Virus record (IMG/VR): IMGVR_UViG_3300037692_000547
Span: 1-49,548 of that record
DNA from: a virus
Lineage: Duplodnaviria; Caudoviricetes
Strand: one strand, 5' to 3'
Length of the DNA stretch: 49,548 nt
Below are positions 1-9,288 of this stretch, one piece after another (positions within the stretch are counted from its first letter, which is position 1; the number at the start of each line of letters is the position of its first letter). Under the pieces are notes generated by a model. It saw only the letters and a list, made by a program, of their open reading frames with translations. It ran no database searches and was not told the DNA's origin. The position numbers and the translations under genes are program-made.

Positions 1-1012
1 TCTTGTCGCGGATGACGTGGGTGATGGCGACCCCTTTCTTGCCGGTAAAAGCAAAGGTCGCCGTGTCTCCCTTAACCGTGACGTGCTTGGCCAGCAGGGT
101 GCTGGCGCCGTAGGCCTGCTTGTCGGCACCGGTGTCGTTGTCCGACCCGAGGCGGAATCCGGTTTGAGAAATGAGGTAGAGCACATGGGCTTCCGGCTTG
201 GTCGCCATGTCGGCTTCGATCTGCTTCATGATCTTGCTGTGGGCAAAAGCGAAGACCTTCATTCTCTCGAATTTGGCAGCGCTCTGCCCTTCGTTGTGCT
301 CGGGATGGTAGATGCCGACCCGGCGCCCCTTGGAGTCGGTGCAGCGAACCTGGATGTGCCCATCGGGGTCTTTGTTGACCCAGAGGTCTCCCCATCCCGG
401 GGGAACGCGGTACCCGCGAGCCAGGGCCGCAGCTCGAAGCTGTTTATCCGTTCCGGCCATCCCTTCGACGACATTGGTGGCGACTTTGTTCTTCTTGCGC
501 TCGAAATCCTTGACGGCGACGACCTTACTCCCCGTCCTGCGCAGATAGGCGCGGACATGGCTTTTGATCAGCGGCTTACCTCCCGACCCTCTGGTCTGCA
601 TGACGGCTTCGGCGAATTCGGCAAAAGGCATGGCTGTGATCTTTCCCATAAAGCGGGAGTCGTCGTAATGCTGCAGATAGAAGGCCCTGGCTTCGGCCTG
701 ACTGGTGAATCCGAGGAGAATTTTTTCCTCATCGAACCGGGTGAAGTCCGGAGCCTTCATCTGGGTGACGATGTAGACGTTGGCGGCATCCCGGTGGGGG
801 CCGACGTAGACGTCGCAGTGGTCTCCGTCGCTGCCGAGCGTCCCCTTGATGTATCCATAGGGGCGACGCATGCGGGTCATTCCTTCCTGGCCGTTGTGGG
901 GGTCTTTCCATTGGCGGATGGCTCCCATGCGGCATTCGACAGAAATGTCGAGACCGAGAAAGTTGATGCGTCCCTGGAGGGGGCGAGCTTTGATCAGGCA
1001 GCCGCAGTACAT
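1..1012 (-). CDS. InPase-domain / DNA topoisomerase IB fusion protein (runs off the left edge; absent from the ORF track)
   Basis: Hand translation from ATG 1012 (AAAGGA RBS). N-terminal GRINFLGLDISVE...PYGYIKGTLGSDGDHCDVYVGP...DEEKILLGF matches the InPase domain of polyvalent proteins. After the KSH tag, VPPGWGDLWVNKDPDGHIQVRCTDSKGRRVGIYHP...KFER...TGFRLG...YGASTLLAKHV...FTGKKG matches bacterial/pox-type Topo IB. Confidence 0.85.
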   Translation of the reverse strand, partial: MYCGCLIKARPLQGRINFLGLDISVECRMGAIRQWKDPHNGQEGMTRMRRPYGYIKGTLGSDGDHCDVYVGPHRDAANVYIVTQMKAPDFTRFDEEKILLGFTSQAEARAFYLQHYDDSRFMGKITAMPFAEFAEAVMQTRGSGGKPLIKSHVRAYLRRTGSKVVAVKDFERKKNKVATNVVEGMAGTDKQLRAAALARGYRVPPGWGDLWVNKDPDGHIQVRCTDSKGRRVGIYHPEHNEGQSAAKFERMKVFAFAHSKIMKQIEADMATKPEAHVLYLISQTGFRLGSDNDTGADKQAYGASTLLAKHVTVKGDTATFAFTGKKGVAITHVIRDK

Positions 1013-1506
1013 GGCGATCCTTTCCCGCCCCGGTGGGGGCAAATCTTCTCGCAGATCTCGCAGACCTTGAGCATCCCCTCGACCTTCTTGCCGAGGTCGG
1101 CCAGGTTGTTGTTGGTGGTGTTGACCCTCTCGTGCAGGCGCCCGGCCGATTTGTCGATTTTTTCGTAAACGTAGCCCTCGTTGGCCCTCATGAGGCGTTT
1201 GGTTTCATCGATGTCGTTTCGCAGGTCTTCAGAGATCTCCCGCATGAGATTGTTGAGCTTGTCGATCGACCCCTTGAGTTCGGTTGTCTGAACAGACATC
1301 GACGTTTCCATTTTTTCCATGGTCTTGGCCACGGCTTGCAGCGCCCGGGTGTTTTCGTCTTCGTAGGCGGCGAGTTTTCCCCGGACCATCCGTGCCACCA
1401 GGTTGAGCAAAAATCCGCAGAGGAAAATCAGGACGAGGAAGGTAGCCCAAAACATGGGGCTGACTTGAACCGAGGCTCGGAAGGCATCCAGAATTGCCGT
1501 GATCAT
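994..1506 (-). CDS. Membrane-anchored coiled-coil protein
   Basis: Start reassigned to ATG 1506 (ATGA overlap with the upstream stop). One hydrophobic helix (FWATFLVLIFLCGFLLNLV) followed by a heptad-like region. Confidence 0.7.
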   Translation of the reverse strand: MITAILDAFRASVQVSPMFWATFLVLIFLCGFLLNLVARMVRGKLAAYEDENTRALQAVAKTMEKMETSMSVQTTELKGSIDKLNNLMREISEDLRNDIDETKRLMRANEGYVYEKIDKSAGRLHERVNTTNNNLADLGKKVEGMLKVCEICEKICPHRGGKGSPCTAAA

Positions 1507-2075
1507 GAGCGATCCGTCCTTTTCTGTTTGGGGTGAAGGGAGGATTTGAACATGAGAAGTTGCGTCCCCGCCGGGGTTCTCTCGGCAAGCCCGGAGGCGA
1601 GAATATCCTTGTCGGGAATATGCTCTCCTTGGGCCATGGCTGCCTTCTGCCGGGAACGGAGGTGGGCGTTCCATGCGTCGGATACGATATCTTTGGTTGT
1701 CAGTTCGCGGTGGATCGCTTGTTCTGAGGCGAGAATATGGGATTGGCTTTCTTCGCCGAGGTGCCCCCAGTGGGGGAGAATGGCGAATCTTTTCTGGCGG
1801 AGGTTGTGAAGGTCGCTGTGAATGCGGACCCGGGAGAGGGCATCACCGTATCGACGGACACGATGGTCCCAGTGGGCCTGGACGTGCTCGAGCTTCCCCC
1901 CGGGATGCACCTCCTCCTTGTGGGCGGCCTCGTGGCGCAGAATGTCGACGTGCTTGCGCGTCCGGACGTCATCGTGCTCCCGGACCATCGTTCCGTCTTT
2001 TTTGACATACTGCCGGATGTGCGCCTTGACGAGCACCTCCTCGTCTCGGCGAAAGCGTTTGAGCCAGGCGATCAT
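1503..2075 (-). CDS. Hypothetical protein with KAH tag (candidate internal virion protein)
   Basis: 190 aa with ATGA overlaps on both sides; contains LVKAHIRQYVKKDGTMVREHDDVR. Confidence 0.75.
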   Translation of the reverse strand: MIAWLKRFRRDEEVLVKAHIRQYVKKDGTMVREHDDVRTRKHVDILRHEAAHKEEVHPGGKLEHVQAHWDHRVRRYGDALSRVRIHSDLHNLRQKRFAILPHWGHLGEESQSHILASEQAIHRELTTKDIVSDAWNAHLRSRQKAAMAQGEHIPDKDILASGLAERTPAGTQLLMFKSSLHPKQKRTDRS

Positions 2076-5000
2076 GAGTTTTTGTTCTCCTCGGCGAAGG
2101 CCTTGCGTCCCCTGGCGTAATACCTGCGTTTCATGACAGCGAGAAGTCCGACCAGGGCTTCGTTACCGATGGCCATTGCTCCGGTCTGCAAGTTGCTGAT
2201 GATCGTGATCGGGTCTGCGCCTTCTTCCTTGGCGAGCTGCTCGATGCTGGCCTTGAGGGTTCGCCTGTCAATTTTCTGATTTGCGCCTGCCGTTGGCTTT
2301 TTGGCTGTCGCTACGGCGTTGAAGACTTCGCCGTTGGGCCTGACGACCACGACGGCCGTATCCTTGTAGTGCCCCATGCCGGTAAATTTGGCGAGACCTT
2401 CGTTGCCGGGGGTGATGTGGTAGACCTTGTTCATGTAGCTGTTGCCGGCGATCAGGAGCATGGATTGCCCTGGATAGTTTTTGGCCGAGTAGTGAAGGGC
2501 TGCGTTAGCAGCGGCGGTCAGGTCGCCGGGGGCCTTGCGATAGTTCGCCACGGATCTGCTCTTGCCTGAAACCTGCCCGATCTTCTTGCCGAGAATGACG
2601 GTTGTTTTCCCGACAATCTCTTCACGGCTTTTGATTTTTTGCGGTTGTTGTTCCTCTTTTTTGGGAGGGCTTCCCTCGATAGCTAAACCTTTTTTCTCGG
2701 CATATGCCGATGCGGCCGCGTGGGAGGCGAAGACTTTGGCGCTATTTCCCCCCATGAAAATAGGTTGTGGCTTCCCTTCGATAACGAGTCCTCCGCCATC
2801 ATCGCTTTCAATTATGAATCCTGCCGCATGGGGCTTTATCTTGTGGGTAAACTCCTTCTTTTTCCTTTTGTCGTCGTGCTCCTTGACCTGGATGATCGCT
2901 CCTGATGCGGTCTTGCGCTGCGAGGCCTTGATGTGGGACTTGTGAATATCGGCGGTTTTTGAGTTGAAGTCTCCGCTGTTGGTATTGGCTGACTTTATCT
3001 GGTTGGGTTTGAAGGCAATGATGGTTGTTCCGGTGTGGCGCATACGGGTATCGTCGCGCATATTTTGAACCACGACCCCGTCATGCCCGAGTTCTTTCGC
3101 TTGGGGGATGTAGTGGGATGGGACAATATCTATAAAACTTTTGCCCTTTGCATCGATAACCAACGGGTTTTTCATTGAGAGATAGACGGGCATGACCGTC
3201 TTTCCATAGGATCGAGCGGTTTTCCTGTCGGTAGAAAAGAATATCGCCCCAAGGTCATTGACTTTAAATTTCTTGATCCCTTCGGTATGAGTTCCGTGAT
3301 AGACCTTCAAAGGTCGGCCTTTGCTGTCAACGATCTTTGTCCCGGTGGCCCAATCCTTTAATTTGTCGGTCCCTGGTTCTTCTTGCTTTTTTCTTCTGCT
3401 GTCGTCGTAGTCTTTGACGATGGCCATTCCGCCATTTTTAGTGATCCGGGAATGCTGCTTTACGTGGCTCTTGATCAGCAATAGATGCAGGGGCGTTTCC
3501 TTCTCAGATCGGATCATCTCGCCGACGGCTTTCTTTTCATCCAGCCGTAGCTTGGTCCCCATGTCGTAGGGGGTGTCGGTGAGGACCATGTGGGCGTCGA
3601 CGTTGCGGTTGGCGCCGGTGCGGTAGGCGCGGGAAAAGAACTGATCGATGGAGGAGTATCCCGCTTCCCCGGAGGCGACGGCGATGACCGTGGTGGCTCC
3701 GCCTCCGTTGCCGTCATGCTGGACGTTGAGGCCGGTGGTCCCGGCGGTGGTGTGGATGGCGAAGCGGACGCCTGCGTCGTGTTTGAATTTGTCGACGAAT
3801 CCGGCTTTCTCCTTGCCGGTATAGTTGCGGCCTTCCTTCTCTCCGTCCTTCTTGCGGTCTTTGTTGGCAAATCGGACGACTCCGTGCTCCGGGTAGTGCT
3901 TCTCGAGGAATTCGTGAAGGTTGTCGGCGCCGGCGTAGCTGTGGGTGTAGAGGCTGATCTTCTCCGTCGGGCCCTTGGTGGCCAGGTGGTGGTCGATCAG
4001 CTTCTTGATGTCGTCAAACTTGCCATTGTCGCTGTGGTGCGCGTCGTTGAGGGTCTTCTTCATGCGGTTTTCGGCCTGGAGCTGGCTGATCTCTCCGCTC
4101 TTGACGGCCGCGACGGTGGCGCGGTATTCGTTGCGCTGCGTCTCCGAGAGTTTGGAGAAGTGGGTCTTCATGTTCATCTCGACCGCTTTGCCGTTCGGCT
4201 TGAGCATCGTCCCTTTCTTGGCGGTGATGACGTGGTCCGAAAGCTCCCGGTTCATGAAGTCGGCGATCTTCGCCTTCATCCCCTCGCCCTTGTGCATGCT
4301 CCCGAATCGCGCCATGAATTCCTTCTGGCTGCCGAACTTCTCCGGGTTGATCAGGTGGGCGTGAAAGTAGAGTTCGGAGAGATTGTTCGGGACCGGGGTA
4401 CCGCTCATGGCGATGTAGTGCTCGGCCTTGCCGGCGACGTTCTTGAGGCCCTCGGACTTGAAGGACTTCTTTCCCCCTTCTTTCTGGGTGACGGTGTGCG
4501 CCTCGTCGGCCACCACCATGTGAAAGCCGGCCTTGGCGATGTCGGCTCCGTCGAAGTTCATCTTCTCGTGGTTGACGATGACGATCGTGTCAGGGCCGCT
4601 GTTGTATTTGGCCCGGCGCTGCTCCGGCGTGTCGGAGGGCTCGACGATCGCGACCTTGTAGTCGGAGAATTTGGCGACCTCGGCGGCGAAGTTCTTCATG
4701 ATCGGGCTCGGCATGGAGACGATCATCTTCTTCGGCTCGCCGCTTTGCTCCTCGAGGTGCGCCTTGGCGGCAATGACCGTCAGGCTCTTGCCGGTACCGG
4801 CCTCGTAGTTGAGATAGACCCGCTTCTGCTTGTCGATGAAACGGACGGCGGCCTGCTGTCCGGCGCCGAGGTCGATCTTGGTCGCAATCCCTTCCTTGTT
4901 GGGCGGGGTGTATTCGCGGATCCCCTGGGGGCGGAAGTCGTCGGTGTTGGCCCGGTGCGCCTTGATGTCGTCGGGGGTGAACCCCTCGCCGGCGATCCCG

Positions 5001-7912
5001 CCGGTTTTCGGTGTGGCGTATTCGTGCAGCAGCTTTTCGATCGCTTGCGGCTTGACGGTCATCTTGTGCCCGTCGCCGTCCTTGGCTATGGAGACGTCGG
5101 AGGCCTTGAGCCCCATGCGCTTGCGCTTGGCGTCCAGGGTCGAGACGCTCCCGGCGCCGATCTCGATCTTTCCGCCCTCGTTGGCAGCCTCGTAGGCCAG
5201 TTCGGCCGCCTGGTTGAGGGCTCCCTGCGCCTGAGCGTAGGTCTCGTAGGCCTTGTTGACGTATTTGAGAGCGGCACCCCGAGCTTGGGCGGCCTCCATG
5301 AGGCTCTCGGCTCCGTACCCCGTCCCCTTGATTTTCTCGGACATTTCCATAAACTCGTCGCCCCGGCGAACGGCGCGAGTGGCGATCTCGCTGCCGAGGG
5401 TCGCCATGTCTTCTTCCAGGTGCTTGCCGAGCTTTTTGCTGTCGATGCCGCTGTTATTGAGGTAGTAGTGAGCGAGGATCGCGGCATTGCGGGGGCCGAT
5501 TTCGTCGTAGACGGCCTTGGTCATGATGCTGTTGCCGGTCAGCTCGCCGACCATGCCAGTGATCGCTTCGTAGCCGCCCTGGCGTACGTTGCGGCCGACC
5601 CCTTCTCCCCCTTTGGCCTTGTGCTCATCCCCATCTTTGTCGACATATCCCTTGACGGTGGAGACCAGTTTGTAGTGGGCAGCCATCTCCTTGTCGCGCA
5701 GGTCCTCATCGACGATGACCTTTTTCAGATCTTCTTTGCTCAGGGGGGCAAAGGAGACCTGGTCGCTGACCGGGCGTTTGTCGTTGCCGGTCTTGAGGAG
5801 TTTGCCGAGTTCGCGATCTTCGCGCTTCAAGGCCTCGATTCGGTAATGGTGCTGCAGCAGGTCTTCGGCGTGGGCCTTGACGACGGCCGAGATCGTCGGC
5901 AGACCTTCGCCGGTGGGGTTTTCGTTGACGACCGACTCCTTGGCCTGCTTGAGCACGGCGGCCAGGGCCTCGTCGCGCTCCTTCTTGGCCGAAAAGGTTT
6001 CGCGCATTCGGGCTGCGGCTTTAACCTTGGGGTCGGCGATGTTTTCGACCTTTTTTTCGATGTTGGCTCGGTCCTCGGCGGTCAGCTCGACCTCGGTGCC
6101 CAGGTGCTCGCGGACGATATCGTTGAGCTTCTGCTTCTCCTCGCGGATCGCCTGCTTGTGCTCGACCCGGGAGGATTCAATCGATGTCCGGCGTTCTTCG
6201 GTGAGTTCGGGCTTCTCCGGCTTCTTCTCTGCCTCAACGGAGGGCTTGGCGTCACCCTCCGTAGAGGACTTTTTTCCGGGGGTGTCTTCCTTTTTCGGCT
6301 GCAGCAGCTTGTGTCTCATCGCCGGGCCGCCTCCGGTCAGAACCGTTGCGGTACCGTCCTTGTGGGGGAGGATGAAGATGTGCCGGCCGGAGAGGGGGCC
6401 CTGCTTAACGGTGATCCATTTCCCGCCGGGGTTTTTCTTGGCAATATCGGAGGAGAAGGACTTGGCAAAGGCGGCGCCGCCGGTTGCGGCGATCATCTTC
6501 GGATCGAAGGTGAGGGTATCGCTACCGCCCTTGCGGCGCAGGACGATGCCGGGGGCGATGGATCGGCAGGGCCCGATGCTCTTGACCATCTCCAGGTGCT
6601 GGCGAAGGGCCTTGAAGAAGTCGGCCGGGGTCAGGAGCTGGAGGCTCTTGCGCATCTTGGGCGGGACGCTGCGGAGGTATTCGTCGCGCAACGGGTCGAT
6701 GTTCTCCATGGTGCGAATGGTGGTGATCGCGGCATTGTGGACCGGGGTGACGGTCTGCCGGTTCCAGTCCTTGCCCTGTTCCGGGTAGGCGAGCTTCTGG
6801 CGCTTGAGGGCGTCGGCGATATCGCTGTTGGTCTGGGGCTCGAGGTGATTCCCCAGGGCATACTTGCGCTCGACAACCTCTTTTTGCGCCGGGGTGAGCT
6901 TGGCGACGAAATGGTCGATGATCGCTTCGCGGTACCGCATCTGCTCATACGGGTCGGCACCGGTCGGGTCGTAGGTTTCCGGCTGGTTCCAGAGGTGGGG
7001 ATCATTGCGCTCGTCGAATCCAAAATCGAACAGGCCGTCGCCGACCTCCTCCATGTAGTCCTCGGTGGCATTGGCCGATCCCATGCGCCGGCGCTGCCCC
7101 GGGTCCTCCGAATCTTCGACGTATTCCTCGGTATCCTTGAACCGTTCGGCCCGTTCCTTGAGGTGCCGCATGACCGCCCCCCGACCTTCGGTGGTGATGG
7201 TGGCAAAAATGCGGCTACCGGATTCCTCGTCGGAGAGGTGGGCGGCGAAGGCGTCGAGGTCGGCCTGGGGGGAGTTGGCGACCTCGCGCCGGAATCCGTT
7301 AGCGGCGGCGGCCAGGTAGTCGGAGACCAGATCATTGTATTCGAGGTTGTCGGTGCTCCACTTGATCCCGCCTCGGGTCTGGACCGGTCCTCGGTGGATC
7401 TGGTTTTTTGTCGCCAGGGAGGTGACGGTTGCGGCCATCATGGACTGGATCTTGGGGTGGGTGATGACCTGTTCTTCATTATAAGGGAACCGGGTGGCTG
7501 CGGCTTTGGCGCGACGGTTGCTCTCCTCGACGGAGACGGTGCGTTTCGTGGAACTGGTCGCCTCCCGGGTCCCGGGTTTTTTCTTCTTTGCCTCGTACTG
7601 CTTGGCGCTCAGGACGTGTTCGTCGGGGACGAATATTTCACGCTTGCTGACGGCCGAGACGGCGCCATCTGGGCGACCGATGACGACCCAACCGGTGCGA
7701 CTCTTGCTTTTGATGTGGCCGCGCTTGGTCTTCTGGTCTTCGCCGGGGCGCCGGTAGTAGATTTCTTCGCCGATGGCAAAGCGGGGACCGCCGGTCGGCT
7801 TCTTGGCCTTGATCTTCTTGGCTTTTTCCTTGATCGTCGAGACGGCACCGGAGCGGCTGGTGCGGGTAAAGGCGATGTGGCCACGGTCGGTCTTGGCTGG
7901 CGCTTTCGGCAT
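2072..7912 (-). CDS. 1946-aa polyvalent protein: sigma-like domain, SNF2 helicase/ATPase and ART-PolyVal-type ADP-ribosyltransferase
   Basis: SNF2 motifs YEAGTGKS, VVADEAH, MSGTPVPNNLSEL, TTGLNVQ, QFFSRAYRTG (about 3520-4890). ART-PolyVal-like KIVDSKGRPLKVYHGT...VMPVYLSMKNP...GHDGVV...FKPNQIKSA (about 2950-3380). Sigma region-4-like KLTPAQKEVVERKYALG..EPQTNSDIADAL (about 6700-6930). AGGAG RBS. Confidence 0.85.
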   Translation of the reverse strand: MPKAPAKTDRGHIAFTRTSRSGAVSTIKEKAKKIKAKKPTGGPRFAIGEEIYYRRPGEDQKTKRGHIKSKSRTGWVVIGRPDGAVSAVSKREIFVPDEHVLSAKQYEAKKKKPGTREATSSTKRTVSVEESNRRAKAAATRFPYNEEQVITHPKIQSMMAATVTSLATKNQIHRGPVQTRGGIKWSTDNLEYNDLVSDYLAAAANGFRREVANSPQADLDAFAAHLSDEESGSRIFATITTEGRGAVMRHLKERAERFKDTEEYVEDSEDPGQRRRMGSANATEDYMEEVGDGLFDFGFDERNDPHLWNQPETYDPTGADPYEQMRYREAIIDHFVAKLTPAQKEVVERKYALGNHLEPQTNSDIADALKRQKLAYPEQGKDWNRQTVTPVHNAAITTIRTMENIDPLRDEYLRSVPPKMRKSLQLLTPADFFKALRQHLEMVKSIGPCRSIAPGIVLRRKGGSDTLTFDPKMIAATGGAAFAKSFSSDIAKKNPGGKWITVKQGPLSGRHIFILPHKDGTATVLTGGGPAMRHKLLQPKKEDTPGKKSSTEGDAKPSVEAEKKPEKPELTEERRTSIESSRVEHKQAIREEKQKLNDIVREHLGTEVELTAEDRANIEKKVENIADPKVKAAARMRETFSAKKERDEALAAVLKQAKESVVNENPTGEGLPTISAVVKAHAEDLLQHHYRIEALKREDRELGKLLKTGNDKRPVSDQVSFAPLSKEDLKKVIVDEDLRDKEMAAHYKLVSTVKGYVDKDGDEHKAKGGEGVGRNVRQGGYEAITGMVGELTGNSIMTKAVYDEIGPRNAAILAHYYLNNSGIDSKKLGKHLEEDMATLGSEIATRAVRRGDEFMEMSEKIKGTGYGAESLMEAAQARGAALKYVNKAYETYAQAQGALNQAAELAYEAANEGGKIEIGAGSVSTLDAKRKRMGLKASDVSIAKDGDGHKMTVKPQAIEKLLHEYATPKTGGIAGEGFTPDDIKAHRANTDDFRPQGIREYTPPNKEGIATKIDLGAGQQAAVRFIDKQKRVYLNYEAGTGKSLTVIAAKAHLEEQSGEPKKMIVSMPSPIMKNFAAEVAKFSDYKVAIVEPSDTPEQRRAKYNSGPDTIVIVNHEKMNFDGADIAKAGFHMVVADEAHTVTQKEGGKKSFKSEGLKNVAGKAEHYIAMSGTPVPNNLSELYFHAHLINPEKFGSQKEFMARFGSMHKGEGMKAKIADFMNRELSDHVITAKKGTMLKPNGKAVEMNMKTHFSKLSETQRNEYRATVAAVKSGEISQLQAENRMKKTLNDAHHSDNGKFDDIKKLIDHHLATKGPTEKISLYTHSYAGADNLHEFLEKHYPEHGVVRFANKDRKKDGEKEGRNYTGKEKAGFVDKFKHDAGVRFAIHTTAGTTGLNVQHDGNGGGATTVIAVASGEAGYSSIDQFFSRAYRTGANRNVDAHMVLTDTPYDMGTKLRLDEKKAVGEMIRSEKETPLHLLLIKSHVKQHSRITKNGGMAIVKDYDDSRRKKQEEPGTDKLKDWATGTKIVDSKGRPLKVYHGTHTEGIKKFKVNDLGAIFFSTDRKTARSYGKTVMPVYLSMKNPLVIDAKGKSFIDIVPSHYIPQAKELGHDGVVVQNMRDDTRMRHTGTTIIAFKPNQIKSANTNSGDFNSKTADIHKSHIKASQRKTASGAIIQVKEHDDKRKKKEFTHKIKPHAAGFIIESDDGGGLVIEGKPQPIFMGGNSAKVFASHAAASAYAEKKGLAIEGSPPKKEEQQPQKIKSREEIVGKTTVILGKKIGQVSGKSRSVANYRKAPGDLTAAANAALHYSAKNYPGQSMLLIAGNSYMNKVYHITPGNEGLAKFTGMGHYKDTAVVVVRPNGEVFNAVATAKKPTAGANQKIDRRTLKASIEQLAKEEGADPITIISNLQTGAMAIGNEALVGLLAVMKRRYYARGRKAFAEENKNS

Positions 7913-7939
7913 GATGGTCTCCTGTAAGGTAATGCGGAA

Positions 7940-7979
7940 AGTGTAGCCTGTCGCTGTTGCCTATGGCAATTTTTTTGCA
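7940..7979. promoter_or_regulatory. Conserved regulatory motif, copy A (CTGTTGCCnnTGGCAAnnTTTTTGC)
   Basis: 7954-7978 matches 29311-29335 at 21/25 nt. Minus strand reads TTGCCA-N18-TACACT ahead of the 7912 gene; plus strand reads TGGCAA-N5-TTGCA (sigma54-like). Confidence 0.6.
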
Positions 7980-7984
7980 CTTTT

Positions 7985-8034
7985 GCCAGTTTGGGCCAGA
8001 ATCTTTTCTTTGTCGTAGGGGGATTGAGCCCCCT
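7985..8034 (+). promoter_or_regulatory. Repeated promoter-like motif P1 plus hairpin
   Basis: GCCAGTTT-GGGCCAG-AATCTTTTCT, then AGGGGG/CCCCCT hairpin and GGAGG RBS. Confidence 0.8.
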
Positions 8035-8061
8035 GTTCTTCTCTTTCTATGGAGGTTTCCC

Positions 8062-8478
8062 ATGTCTACTCGCGCAATGATTTGTCGGCAGAATCCCGAT
8101 GGTACCGTGATCAGTATTTATCTTCAGCATGACGGCTATGTCGGTCATGCCGGGAAAATCCTGAACGAGCATTTTTCCCAGCCGGACCAGGTGGACCATC
8201 TCTTTGCCCTCGGAGATCTTTCCTCGATCGGGCCCTCGGCGGAGATCCGGTCTGTCAGTCGTCTCGAGAGCGGGGGGTATTGTCATGCCTATCACCGCGA
8301 TCTCGGCGAGGATTGGTGTGCCACCATGCCGCAAGAGTACCGCTCCGTCGCTTCCGTCTTTCGCAAGAACCCCTCTTGCGATTATGTCTATCTCTGGACC
8401 CCCGAAGACGGCTGGCGGTACTCCCGTCTCGTGACTCCTGAATATGGCAAAGCCATTGTGCTCCATCCCATCCCGTAA
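8062..8478 (+). CDS. Conserved phage/plasmid hypothetical protein
   Basis: GGAGG RBS, ATG 8062; MSTRAMI...SIYLQHDGY...GDLSS resembles a widespread mobile-element family. Confidence 0.8.
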   Translation: MSTRAMICRQNPDGTVISIYLQHDGYVGHAGKILNEHFSQPDQVDHLFALGDLSSIGPSAEIRSVSRLESGGYCHAYHRDLGEDWCATMPQEYRSVASVFRKNPSCDYVYLWTPEDGWRYSRLVTPEYGKAIVLHPIP

Positions 8479-8521
8479 AAAAGCCCCCTCACGGTTGTCG
8501 CCGTGAGGGGGCTTTTCTTTT
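8479..8521 (+). terminator. Rho-independent terminator
   Basis: AAAAGCCCCCTCACGG-loop-CCGTGAGGGGGCTTTT followed by a T-rich tail. Confidence 0.8.
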
Positions 8522-8528
8522 GTTTTAC

Positions 8529-8580
8529 GCCAGTTTACGCCGTAATCTTTTCTTTGTTGAAGGGGGAGGCTTCCTCCCCT
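8529..8580 (+). promoter_or_regulatory. Repeated promoter-like motif P2 plus hairpin
   Basis: GCCAGTTT-ACGCCGT-AATCTTTTCT-TTGTTGA-AGGGGGAGGCTTCCTCCCCT. Confidence 0.8.
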
Positions 8581-8607
8581 GTTATCCCTTTTATCTGGAG
8601 GTTCATC

Positions 8608-8832
8608 ATGAAAATCACTCACGAGGTCGCGGCCAACTATTTGCAGGAATGGAACGTAGGGCGGTTCGTCGTCGAGGCTTCGACCCTGGATTTGCCGCCT
8701 GGCAGGTTCCCGGAGCGGATCGAGACGGATCTGGGCAACGGTCAGCCGTTCTATCTCTTCGCGCTCGATGAGTCCCGGGCCCTGTATCGTCAGGCCCTCG
8801 GTTGCATCGTTCTCTCCATCCTCAATACCTGA
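8608..8832 (+). CDS. Hypothetical protein
   Basis: GGAGG RBS, ATG 8608; EASTLDLPPGRFP..LGNGQPF. Confidence 0.75.
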   Translation: MKITHEVAANYLQEWNVGRFVVEASTLDLPPGRFPERIETDLGNGQPFYLFALDESRALYRQALGCIVLSILNT

Positions 8833-8845
8833 AAGGAAACTCACC

Positions 8846-9226
8846 ATGAAACGCTTCGTCATTGAAATTTCCCATCTGGCCTCCGGCCCCAATCGGACGT
8901 TCACCGTTGACGCCACCTCGGAGGAGGATGCTATCGAGGCCTGCGTAGACACGATTACCCCGGAGGATGGTTCCTGCTTTGAGCTCGAAATCAAAAGCGA
9001 CGAGACGATCGTTGCCTGCTCCGTCTGCGGCCATTCGAAAACGACGGAGGAGGCGATAGAGGCTGGCTGGTCGGCCTCGTGGGTCGATGGTGCGAGAGAA
9101 GAGCGCGACGCTATCTGCTGCGATTGTTCGGACTTGCTCGGGCTGGTTTATGTTGAAGACTGGTGCCAACTGGCTTGGCCAACTCTCCACGAAGCCGTGG
9201 CGCAGAAGGCTGCTGATTTCAAATAA
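8846..9226 (+). CDS. Hypothetical protein with Cys pairs
   Basis: AAGGA RBS, ATG 8846; CSVC and CCDC. Confidence 0.7.
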   Translation: MKRFVIEISHLASGPNRTFTVDATSEEDAIEACVDTITPEDGSCFELEIKSDETIVACSVCGHSKTTEEAIEAGWSASWVDGAREERDAICCDCSDLLGLVYVEDWCQLAWPTLHEAVAQKAADFK

Positions 9227-9288
9227 TCGTTTTGTCCTTTGTGGGGAGCCTGTCGCTCCCCGCTCTTTTTACCCTGGAGGTGTTAATC

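Noticed and set aside
17-1168. 383-aa + strand ORF
   Set aside because: Shadow of the minus-strand InPase-TopoIB gene.
3590-7927. 1445-aa + strand ORF
   Set aside because: Antisense shadow of the SNF2 polyprotein, with no motifs or RBS; typical of GC-rich coding DNA.
8561-8580. Hairpin as an N4-type virion RNAP promoter
   Set aside because: The loop does not show the N4-type GNA triloop, the hairpin varies between copies, and no RNAP gene is seen in the window.
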